A stretch of DNA of 52,087 bases from Christensenella sp. UBA3770 (GTDB taxonomy: Bacteria > Bacillota > Clostridia > Christensenellales > CAG-1252). Positions 1 to 6,745 of this stretch are shown here, one piece after another. The number at the start of each line of letters is the position of its first letter. The stretch's first letter is position 1. Below the pieces are notes generated by a model. It made no database searches. It had not been told where the DNA came from and saw only the letters and a list, made by a program, of their open reading frames with translations. The stretch is taken from the NCBI GenBank assembly GCA_002371075.1, contig DFFS01000080.1, positions 1 to 52,087 of the forward strand, read 5' to 3'. Made by a program: the position numbers and the translations under genes.

Positions 1-156
1 GTTTTTGGCGTAAAGATAGTCGTTTTCCTCTTTGAGCCGATGAATTCTGTCTTCCAACTCGCGCACTTTGCTTTCCTGAAACTCCGTTGTCTTATGCAAG
101 TAGGCGTCTACCTCTTTTTTGTCGTATCCTCTGAGTGCGGTTTTGAATTTTCCCAT
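1..156 (-). CDS. DivIVA-domain protein, N-terminal part only (gene continues off the left edge)
   Basis: Reverse-strand translation from ATG at 156-154 gives MGKFKTALRGYDKKEVDAYLHKTTEFQESKVRELEDRIHRLKEENDYLYAKN. This is the RGYDxxEVDxYL DivIVA N-terminal motif followed by a coiled-coil-like sequence. GAGGT SD (complement of 164-168) lies 7 nt upstream. It is absent from the ORF track because it is truncated. Confidence 0.6.
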   Translation of the reverse strand, partial: MGKFKTALRGYDKKEVDAYLHKTTEFQESKVRELEDRIHRLKEENDYLYAKN

Positions 157-245
157 AGCTTTTACCTCGTGATCAGTGTAAGGCATTCCGTAGGGGAAAA
201 GAAGGGGAAATTGACACTTTGCAAGATGTTTTTTGTCTTATGTTG

Positions 246-1361
246 TCATCGCGTTAAAAAGTCTTTTATCGCAAATGCCAGCCGCTTTGCCTGCCGCATC
301 GTGTTGTTCGCTCCGACGCTTACTCGAACAAGCCCCTCCTTTTCCGTTTTGAGAGCTTTGTGAATGAGCGGCGCACAATGCAATCCCGCTCTGACGGCAA
401 TGCCGTATTCTTGGCTGAGGACGTCTGCCACCGTTTGACTGTCCCATGCGGGCAGGCGGAAGGTGATCAGCGGGCTTCCCGCCACGGAATAGAGGGGTAC
501 GCCTGCGTTTTTAAGCTCTTCGTGCAAGTAAAAGGATATCTCGGCGCATTTAGCATTGATCTTTGCAAAGTGTTTTTCCGTCCAAAGCAGCCCCGGTTCC
601 AACGCGGCGATGGCGGGGAGGTTTAACGTCCCCGATTCCAAACTTTCGGGCGGGTCTTTGGGTTGGTAGGGGTTTGCGCTTTCCGTCCCCGTGCCGCCGT
701 ACATCAACGGATTGATCAATATTCGTTTTGAAAAGACCAAAAAGCCGCATCCCATAATACCGTGCACCCCTTTGTGCGCTGCACCGCACAGCATATCGAT
801 GCCCATTTTGTCAAAAGAGATCGGGATGTGCCCTAAGCCCTGTGCGCCGTCCACAAGAAAATATATGCCTGATTTTGCGCAAACTTCGCCGATCTCGGCA
901 AGCGGCGGCGTAAATCCGGTAACGTTGCTCATAGCCGTAATCACGACAAGTTTTGTCTTGTCCGAAATTGCAGCGGCAACGTCTTCGGCGGTGATCGTTC
1001 CGTTTTTTTCTCCGATCACCGTTAAATCGATCAATCCTTCCTTTTGCAACATAAAAAGAGGGCGAAGAACGGAGTTGTGCTCCAATACGCTCGTCACAAC
1101 GTGCGCGCCCGGGGTCATAGTCCCCAAAACGGCAAGGTTTAATGCTTCGGTGCAGTTTTTCGTAAAGGCGACGTTCGCTCGTTTTGCGTCAACGAAACGC
1201 AGGACGGCGTTTCTTGCGCGCTCGACGGTTATAGCCGCTTTTATTGCGTCGTTGTGGCTGGCTCTGCCCGGATTGGCGCTGTTGCAAATGGCGTCAAGCG
1301 TTGCTTTTTTGACCGCGCGCGGCTTGAATCTTGAAGTGGCGGCGTTGTCGAAATAGATCAT
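246..1361 (-). CDS. Class-V aminotransferase / cysteine desulfurase family protein (group-II, SufS/CsdA-like)
   Basis: PLP-lysine motif GAAHKGVHG and C-terminal VRAGLHCAP active-site Cys motif. AGGAG SD (complement of 1370-1374) is 8 nt from ATG 1361; the GTG at 1367 in the ORF track is only 2 nt from the SD. Confidence 0.85.
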   Translation of the reverse strand: MIYFDNAATSRFKPRAVKKATLDAICNSANPGRASHNDAIKAAITVERARNAVLRFVDAKRANVAFTKNCTEALNLAVLGTMTPGAHVVTSVLEHNSVLRPLFMLQKEGLIDLTVIGEKNGTITAEDVAAAISDKTKLVVITAMSNVTGFTPPLAEIGEVCAKSGIYFLVDGAQGLGHIPISFDKMGIDMLCGAAHKGVHGIMGCGFLVFSKRILINPLMYGGTGTESANPYQPKDPPESLESGTLNLPAIAALEPGLLWTEKHFAKINAKCAEISFYLHEELKNAGVPLYSVAGSPLITFRLPAWDSQTVADVLSQEYGIAVRAGLHCAPLIHKALKTEKEGLVRVSVGANNTMRQAKRLAFAIKDFLTR

Positions 1362-1440
1362 TTTCACATCTCCTTTCAGCGGTTTAATATATTATATTGA
1401 ACGCAATGAATTTGCGTTCTTACTACAAAGGAGAAAGCAT

Positions 1441-1662
1441 ATGAAGTTTTATATCGCGGCGTTTAAGTCAAGAAGGGATGCGCTTTCCTTTGCGGCAACC
1501 GCCTCTCGTTTGGGCGTTCCCGTCAAAGTCGTTGGGACTCCACTGTCGATCGGTTCGGGGTGCGGATTGTCCGTCAAGTTTCCCATAGCGGCGGCAGCCC
1601 GCGCGCAACGTGCGCTTCAGATGGGGGAGTACGCAAGTTTCCTCGGCTTTTTTCAAGGATAA
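1441..1662 (+). CDS. Small DUF3343-like (putative S/Se carrier-like) protein
   Basis: 73 aa with an AGGAGA SD upstream. Sequence MKFYIAAFKSRRDALSFAATASRLGVPVKVVGTP...GCGLSV resembles the DUF3343 family, which usually sits beside class-V desulfurases. The family assignment is from memory. Confidence 0.55.
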   Translation: MKFYIAAFKSRRDALSFAATASRLGVPVKVVGTPLSIGSGCGLSVKFPIAAAARAQRALQMGEYASFLGFFQG

Positions 1663-1738
1663 CCAAGTTGGCTCGCATTCCCGAGTTTTTTATGCGAAAT
1701 AATTGAGTAAAACACGTAGATTATGTTATATTTTATAT

Positions 1739-2383
1739 GTGAAAGAACTCGAACTGCTAAAAAAACTGAACGATATGCATCCGCAGGCGGAATGCGAGCT
1801 GAACTTTTCCACACCGTATCAGCTGTTGGTGGCGGTCATTTTGTCCGCTCAGTGCACGGATAAGCGCGTCAATCTGGTAACCAAACACCTTTTTGAAAGA
1901 TACGATACCCCCGAAAAGATCCTTTCCTTATCGCAAGAGGGGCTGGAAAAGGAGATCAAAAGTTGCGGGTTTTATCACAACAAAGCAAAAAACATTCTTG
2001 CGGCGACAGAGATACTTGTCAATGAGTTTAACGGTGTCGTCCCGCGTGATCGCGACGTTTTGGAAACCCTTCCCGGCGTTGGCAGAAAGACGGCAAACGT
2101 CGTATATGCCGTTGCGTTTGGCGGAAACGCCATTCCTGTGGATACGCACGTTTTTCGTCTGAGCCATCGGTTGGACCTTTCGTCGCAAAACACACCGTTC
2201 GGGGTGGAAAAGGATCTGATGGCCCGTTTTCCCGAAGAAGAGTGGTCAAAATTGCATCATTTGTTGATCCATCACGGCAGGTACGTTTGCAAGGCGCAGT
2301 CGCCTTGTTGCGGCAACTGTCTTTTGACGGATATGTGCGCATACTATCAACAAAAAAGGAGAGAGAGCAAAGGCTCAAAATAA
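1739..2383 (+). CDS. nth: Endonuclease III (DNA-(apurinic/apyrimidinic site) lyase)
   Basis: HhH-GPD motif LPGVGRKTANVV and the LSAQCTD motif. FeS loop C-x6-C-x2-C-x5-C is present as CKAQSPCCGNCLLTDMC. Start is uncertain: TTG 1703 in the ORF track, GTG 1739 preferred by N-terminal alignment logic, ATG 1776 possible. Confidence 0.9.
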   Translation: MKELELLKKLNDMHPQAECELNFSTPYQLLVAVILSAQCTDKRVNLVTKHLFERYDTPEKILSLSQEGLEKEIKSCGFYHNKAKNILAATEILVNEFNGVVPRDRDVLETLPGVGRKTANVVYAVAFGGNAIPVDTHVFRLSHRLDLSSQNTPFGVEKDLMARFPEEEWSKLHHLLIHHGRYVCKAQSPCCGNCLLTDMCAYYQQKRRESKGSK

Positions 2384-2386
2384 GCT

Positions 2387-3646
2387 ATGTTTTTGGATAT
2401 AGTAAACATTTATGCAAAAGCGGGCAACGGCGGCGACGGCAAGGTCAGCTTCCACCGTGAAAAATACGTGATGTGCGGCGGGCCCGACGGCGGCGACGGC
2501 GGCAAGGGCGGCAGCGTCATTTTCGTTGCGGATTCTTCGCTGACCAGTTTGATCGAGTTCAAGTTCAAAAAACACTTCCGCGCGGAAAACGGCGCACCGG
2601 GCGAGGGCGGCAACTGCTTTGGCAAAAATGGGCAGGACATCATCGTCAAAGTGCCTACAGGCACCATCATTCGCGACAAGGAAACGGGCGGTATCATCGC
2701 CGACATGTACGTTGACGGTGAAAAAAAAGTGATCCTGAAAGGGGGCAAGGGCGGCAGAGGAAACGCGCGCTTTGCCACACCCACAAGGCGCACGCCGAGC
2801 TTTGCGGAGCTTGGCGAAGTCACCGTCGAGCGCAACTTGACTTTGGAACTCAAAACAATTGCGGACGTTGGTCTTGTCGGTTTCCCCAACGTTGGGAAAT
2901 CCACGCTCCTTTCCGTTTTGACAAACGCCAAGCCCAAGATCGCAAACTACCATTTTACAACGCTTTCACCCAACCTCGGCGTGATCAAAGCCTTTGACAA
3001 AAGCTACGTGATCGCCGATATCCCGGGGCTCATTGAGGGGGCTGCAAACGGGCTTGGTCTCGGGCATACCTTCCTTCGCCACGTGGAACGCGTTCGCTTG
3101 CTTGTCCACGTAGTGGACATTTCAGGCATCGAAGGGCGTGATCCCGTTGACGATTACCGCGCCATTCGCGAGGAACTAAAGCAGTACAACGAGCGCCTTT
3201 CCGCGCTTCCGGAGATCGTGGTCGCCAACAAAACCGACTTGATCACAGAGGAAGACTCCGTCCTGCGTTTTGAGCAAAAGACGGGTGTTAAGGTGATCCC
3301 CATTTCCGCCGCTGCGTACGACAACATCGACGTACTTGTCAAAAAGATATTTTCCGTTCTCAACGAGTTGCCGCCTGCGGAACCCATGGAATTTGAGCCG
3401 TTTGAGTACGCAAAGAGCGACCCCGATCAGTTTGATGTCAAAAAGCTCAGCGCAGATACGTACGAGGTCACGGGTGGTCTTGTCGAACTCATGATCCGCA
3501 AGGTGGTTTTAAGCGATCACGAAAGTAACAGATTTTTCCAAAACGTCTTAAAGGAAAAGGGAGTCATCGACCGTTTGCACGAGCTTGGCGCAAAGGACGG
3601 CGACACCATCATCGTCGGCGACGTTGAATTTGAATTATGGAATTAG
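2387..3646 (+). CDS. obg: GTPase Obg/CgtA
   Basis: Gly-rich Obg fold (GNGGDGKVSF, GGPDGGDGGKGG), G1 motif GFPNVGKST, and a C-terminal OCT domain ending GDVEFELW. Confidence 0.95.
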   Translation: MFLDIVNIYAKAGNGGDGKVSFHREKYVMCGGPDGGDGGKGGSVIFVADSSLTSLIEFKFKKHFRAENGAPGEGGNCFGKNGQDIIVKVPTGTIIRDKETGGIIADMYVDGEKKVILKGGKGGRGNARFATPTRRTPSFAELGEVTVERNLTLELKTIADVGLVGFPNVGKSTLLSVLTNAKPKIANYHFTTLSPNLGVIKAFDKSYVIADIPGLIEGAANGLGLGHTFLRHVERVRLLVHVVDISGIEGRDPVDDYRAIREELKQYNERLSALPEIVVANKTDLITEEDSVLRFEQKTGVKVIPISAAAYDNIDVLVKKIFSVLNELPPAEPMEFEPFEYAKSDPDQFDVKKLSADTYEVTGGLVELMIRKVVLSDHESNRFFQNVLKEKGVIDRLHELGAKDGDTIIVGDVEFELWN

Positions 3647-3659
3647 TAGGAGTAAAACT

Positions 3660-3953
3660 ATGACAAGCAAACAAAGAAGCAAATTGATTTCCCTTGCAAT
3701 GAACCTTTCCGCAACCGTGCAGATCGGCAAAAATGGCTTGACCGAAAGCGTGGCGGAGCAGATCAACACCTCACTTGAAGATCATGAGCTGGTCAAGATC
3801 GGGGTTTTGAAGACCGCTGATATCACCGCCAAAGGCATGATCGCAGAGGTCGCCGAAATGGTAGGCGCCGAACCCGTTCAGGCGATCGGCAATAAGATCG
3901 TCCTCTATCGCTATTCGCACAAAGAGGGCATTGAGCACATCAAGCTTGACTGA
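3660..3953 (+). CDS. yhbY: YhbY/CRM-domain RNA-binding protein
   Basis: KQRSKL...VQIGKNGLTESV...HELVKI is typical of the YhbY family. TAGGAG SD precedes ATG 3660; the upstream ORF-track start 3585 overlaps obg. Confidence 0.85.
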   Translation: MTSKQRSKLISLAMNLSATVQIGKNGLTESVAEQINTSLEDHELVKIGVLKTADITAKGMIAEVAEMVGAEPVQAIGNKIVLYRYSHKEGIEHIKLD

Positions 3954-4721
3954 TCATTCTTTGAACAGCTTGTTTTTTCCGTTGCTTCTCTCCGACAAAA
4001 GTATGGTTGCCGTCGCAAGCGCCAGGTTGATAAAACTGAAAACGATATAATAAGTCGTGATCGGGGTAAAGAGCGCAAGCAGGGCAGTCGTAAGCCCCGC
4101 CCAAACGTAATACTTTGCGTTTTCCGCGCGGAGCAGCGTTTTGAAAAGGTTTGAAGCTTTGCCGTTTTTCTTCGGCAAAGCTTCTTTTTGTGGGATCAAA
4201 TCCTTTTTTGACAAATACTTATAAAGGGTAGATGCGTTTACAACGTTGTATTTTTGCGGAATATATTCCGCAACGGCAAGCGCCTTTCTGTCCAAATGGT
4301 TGGTCAGCACGTAGATCTCGTCGCATTGATGTGTTTCCGCAATCCGATAACTCTTGGCAACGTCTTCTTCCGAAAGACTGCCGAATTTGTAGGCGTAATA
4401 CACAAGCGTCCTGACGCCGTCACTCAGCAGGATCGTGTGATCTCCCGCCGTTTCGCACGGATGGTCGGAAAGGGCGCTTTCCACCAGCTCTTTTAAAACG
4501 CAGCTTCCCTTCAAAAGTACGTAACGAATAAAGTTCCTTTTGGATAAAAGATGTTTTGGAGTCTTCGGGCGGATCATCGCGACAAACAAACCGACGGTCG
4601 CAACAAACAGGACGGCGCAAACCAAACTGACAAAAATCGATTTCGTCACGCGAAACGCAACCAAAAAAGATAACAAAAGTCCCGCAAGCGATAATCCGAC
4701 TTTGTCAACCGTCTTTCCCAT
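3954..4721 (-). CDS. Hypothetical membrane protein (2 N-terminal and 2 C-terminal TM helices around a ~130-aa soluble core)
   Basis: 255-aa ORF with clear hydrophobic segments (LSLAGLLLSFLVAF, VSLVCAVLFVATVGLFVAMI, YYVWAGLTTALLALF, YYIVFSFINLALATATILL). No family recognised with confidence. Confidence 0.55.
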   Translation of the reverse strand: MGKTVDKVGLSLAGLLLSFLVAFRVTKSIFVSLVCAVLFVATVGLFVAMIRPKTPKHLLSKRNFIRYVLLKGSCVLKELVESALSDHPCETAGDHTILLSDGVRTLVYYAYKFGSLSEEDVAKSYRIAETHQCDEIYVLTNHLDRKALAVAEYIPQKYNVVNASTLYKYLSKKDLIPQKEALPKKNGKASNLFKTLLRAENAKYYVWAGLTTALLALFTPITTYYIVFSFINLALATATILLSERSNGKNKLFKE

Positions 4722-4765
4722 ACGGTAAGTTTTGCCGCCAAATCGGTTTTTAGTACGTTTTGTAA

Positions 4766-4794
4766 TTGAATTTCACTTAGAAAAGTATTATACT
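4766..4794 (+). promoter_or_regulatory. Sigma-A-type promoter of nadD::yqeK (TTGAAT-17-TATACT); the -10 ends 6 nt before the ATG
   Basis: TTGAAT 4766-4771, 17-nt spacer, TATACT 4789-4794, then ATTCCT and ATG 4801. Confidence 0.6.
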
Positions 4795-4800
4795 ATTCCT

Positions 4801-5910
4801 ATGATAGGGATTTTCGGCGGAGCATTCGATCCTCCGCACAAAGAGCACATTCGCATCGCCCAAGCCGTCAAGGAGGAGTTTTCGCTTGAAAACGTGGTGT
4901 TTTTGCCCTCCGGGAATGCGCCGCATAAATGTTTGCAAGCGCCGTTTTCTTTGCGTGTAAAGATGCTGCAAAGCGCTTTGCAGGGAGCTTTTCCGATCGA
5001 TCAGGTCGAAAACACCTTTACCGAAAAAACCTATTCGTATAAAGTTTTGCCTCTCCTTCGTGAAAAGTATGGGGACATCGCGTTTTTGATCGGCGGCGAC
5101 AGCTTACTTGCTTTTGAAAAGTGGTGTCATCCGGAAGAGATTTCAAAGATCTGTCCGTTGATCGTCGTGCCGAGGGGCGAAGACGACCTTGCCCGGCTTT
5201 CCGCCGCGGCGGAAAAGTACGCTCGTCTTTGGGGTGCTAAGATCCTTATTTCCCAAAAGGTTCGCGGCGAAGCGGTTTCCTCCACGATGATCCGCGCCAA
5301 ATGCGCGCTCGGCATGCCCGCGGAAGAGGTTGCCGACGAGGTGATGAACGTCATAAAACAAAACGGATTGTATTCGGAATACGCCGATTACGTTAATAGG
5401 GTCAAGTCGATGTTGCGAGAAACGCGTTGGCGCCATACGTGCGGCGTCGTGCTTGCGGGGCTCAAAATCAACGAAAAAATCGGCTTGCCTTTTGAAAAAG
5501 TCTTTCTCGGTTGTTTGTTGCACGACTGTATGAAGCACACCGATCGTATCAATGATGGTGTGCCGCAAGATACCCGCGGGACCAAGGTTTTGCACGCGTT
5601 TAACGGTGCGGAAGAGGCTCGCCTTGCTTTTGGGATTACGGATACGGAGATCTTGGACGCGATACGTTACCATACGACGGGTAGGGCAAATATGACCACA
5701 CTTGACAAACTGGTTTACACCGCCGATATGGTCGAGGAGCTTACAAGGGACTTTCCCGGGGTGGAAGAGCTTCGCGCCGTCGCGTACGAAGACCTGGACA
5801 AAGGGTTTCTGCTGTGCTTTGAAAAATGCTACGAATCCCTGCTTGAAAGGGGGATCCCCATCTATTATCTGACACTGGATTGCTACAATTGCTATTGTAA
5901 AAAGGAGTAA
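4801..5910 (+). CDS. nadD: Fusion protein: nicotinate-nucleotide adenylyltransferase (NadD) plus YqeK-type HD-domain hydrolase
   Basis: N-terminus MIGIFGGAFDPPHKEH carries the (T/H)xGH nucleotidyltransferase motif, and ISSTMIR-like SSTMIR follows. The C-terminal half has RWRHTCGV...LLHDCMKH...YHTTG...YTADMVE, typical of YqeK HD hydrolases. Confidence 0.9.
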   Translation: MIGIFGGAFDPPHKEHIRIAQAVKEEFSLENVVFLPSGNAPHKCLQAPFSLRVKMLQSALQGAFPIDQVENTFTEKTYSYKVLPLLREKYGDIAFLIGGDSLLAFEKWCHPEEISKICPLIVVPRGEDDLARLSAAAEKYARLWGAKILISQKVRGEAVSSTMIRAKCALGMPAEEVADEVMNVIKQNGLYSEYADYVNRVKSMLRETRWRHTCGVVLAGLKINEKIGLPFEKVFLGCLLHDCMKHTDRINDGVPQDTRGTKVLHAFNGAEEARLAFGITDTEILDAIRYHTTGRANMTTLDKLVYTADMVEELTRDFPGVEELRAVAYEDLDKGFLLCFEKCYESLLERGIPIYYLTLDCYNCYCKKE

Positions 5911-5913
5911 AAC

Positions 5914-6270
5914 ATGGAAAAGGAGCTTTTGATCAAAAAGATCGTCGCCGTTCTTTCGGACAAAAAGTGCAAAAGCATTTTGTCCATCGACGTTGCGGAT
6001 AAGACGGACGTAACGGAGGCGTACGTCGTTTGTTCGGCAAGAAACCCGTCGCAGGCAAAAGCCGCGTACGAGGAACTGTGCGCCGTTTTGGAAAAACAGG
6101 ACGTTTATACCGCCGGCGTTGACGGGCTTAGAGAGGGCAGATGGATCGTGATGGATTACGGCAAGGTCATCGTGCATATTTTCCACACAAGCCTGCGCGA
6201 CCTGTATCAGTTTGAAAAACTGTGGGGGGATGAAGACGGGGCAAACGTCACCCGTTACGACGAAGAATAG
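5914..6270 (+). CDS. rsfS: Ribosome silencing factor RsfS (iojap family)
   Basis: 118 aa with an AGGAG SD. WIVMDYGKVIVHIFHTSLRDLYQFEKLW is the conserved RsfS core. Its position after nadD/yqeK matches the Bacillus yqeJ-K-L order. Confidence 0.9.
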   Translation: MEKELLIKKIVAVLSDKKCKSILSIDVADKTDVTEAYVVCSARNPSQAKAAYEELCAVLEKQDVYTAGVDGLREGRWIVMDYGKVIVHIFHTSLRDLYQFEKLWGDEDGANVTRYDEE

Positions 6271-6298
6271 CTTCTTTGTTTTTGCACATACTGCCGAT

Positions 6299-6655
6299 AT
6301 GAACATTCTTTCTTTGATATCGGCGGTGATGATCTCGGCGGCGCTTCCCACGCCTGTTTGCGGCGTAGAGGGGGTCAAACAGGGCTACGTGTTGGTGCTG
6401 GAAGATCAGGCGGTTGTCGCCGTAATGCCCGACCTGTTTATCGGATACGAAGAAAAGTCGCAAGCACTCCGTCAAGTTGCCGAGAAAATGGGCGAAGAAC
6501 TGGATAAGGACGTGTTTCTAACGGACGATATGCGCGTTTATTTGATCTTGTCACGTATGGCAAAACGCGGATCGGACGACTATGAACGGCAAAAACTTGC
6601 CGCGCGGCTGCCAAAAATCAAAGCATATTGTTACGCCAAAGAGAAGACGGCGTAA
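6299..6655 (+). CDS. Small secreted or lipoprotein-like hypothetical (possibly YhcN/YlaJ-like)
   Basis: Signal-peptide-like MNILSLISAVMISAALPTPVCG, then GYVLVLEDQAVVAVMPD, reminiscent of YhcN/YlaJ spore lipoproteins. The ORF-track start 6212 overlaps rsfS, so ATG 6299 is preferred. A terminator follows. Confidence 0.45.
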   Translation: MNILSLISAVMISAALPTPVCGVEGVKQGYVLVLEDQAVVAVMPDLFIGYEEKSQALRQVAEKMGEELDKDVFLTDDMRVYLILSRMAKRGSDDYERQKLAARLPKIKAYCYAKEKTA

Positions 6656-6658
6656 CGC

Positions 6659-6685
6659 GGCGCACCTTTTAGGTGCGTTTTTTTC
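6659..6685 (+). terminator. Rho-independent terminator
   Basis: CGCACC (6661-6666) pairs with GGTGCG (6672-6677), followed by a 7-T run (6678-6684). Confidence 0.7.
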
Positions 6686-6700
6686 TATAAAAGGTTTTTC

Positions 6701-6729
6701 TTGATTCCGACGGACGTTTTCGCTATAAT
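6701..6729 (+). promoter_or_regulatory. Sigma-A-type promoter of ygiQ (TTGATT-17-TATAAT)
   Basis: TTGATT 6701-6706, 17-nt spacer, TATAAT 6724-6729. AGGAG SD at 6736-6740 and ATG at 6746 imply a very short leader. Confidence 0.6.
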
Positions 6730-6745
6730 GTAATCAGGAGAAACT

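Noticed and set aside
691-1356. 221-aa + strand ORF inside the cysteine desulfurase gene
   Set aside because: It is antisense to a CDS with clear PLP-enzyme motifs, and its product is proline/serine/cysteine-rich nonsense.
5143-6378. 411-aa minus-strand ORF antisense to nadD::yqeK, rsfS and the start of the next gene
   Set aside because: It crosses two well-supported + strand genes and an intergenic SD. It has no start context and no family resemblance, so it is an antisense artefact.
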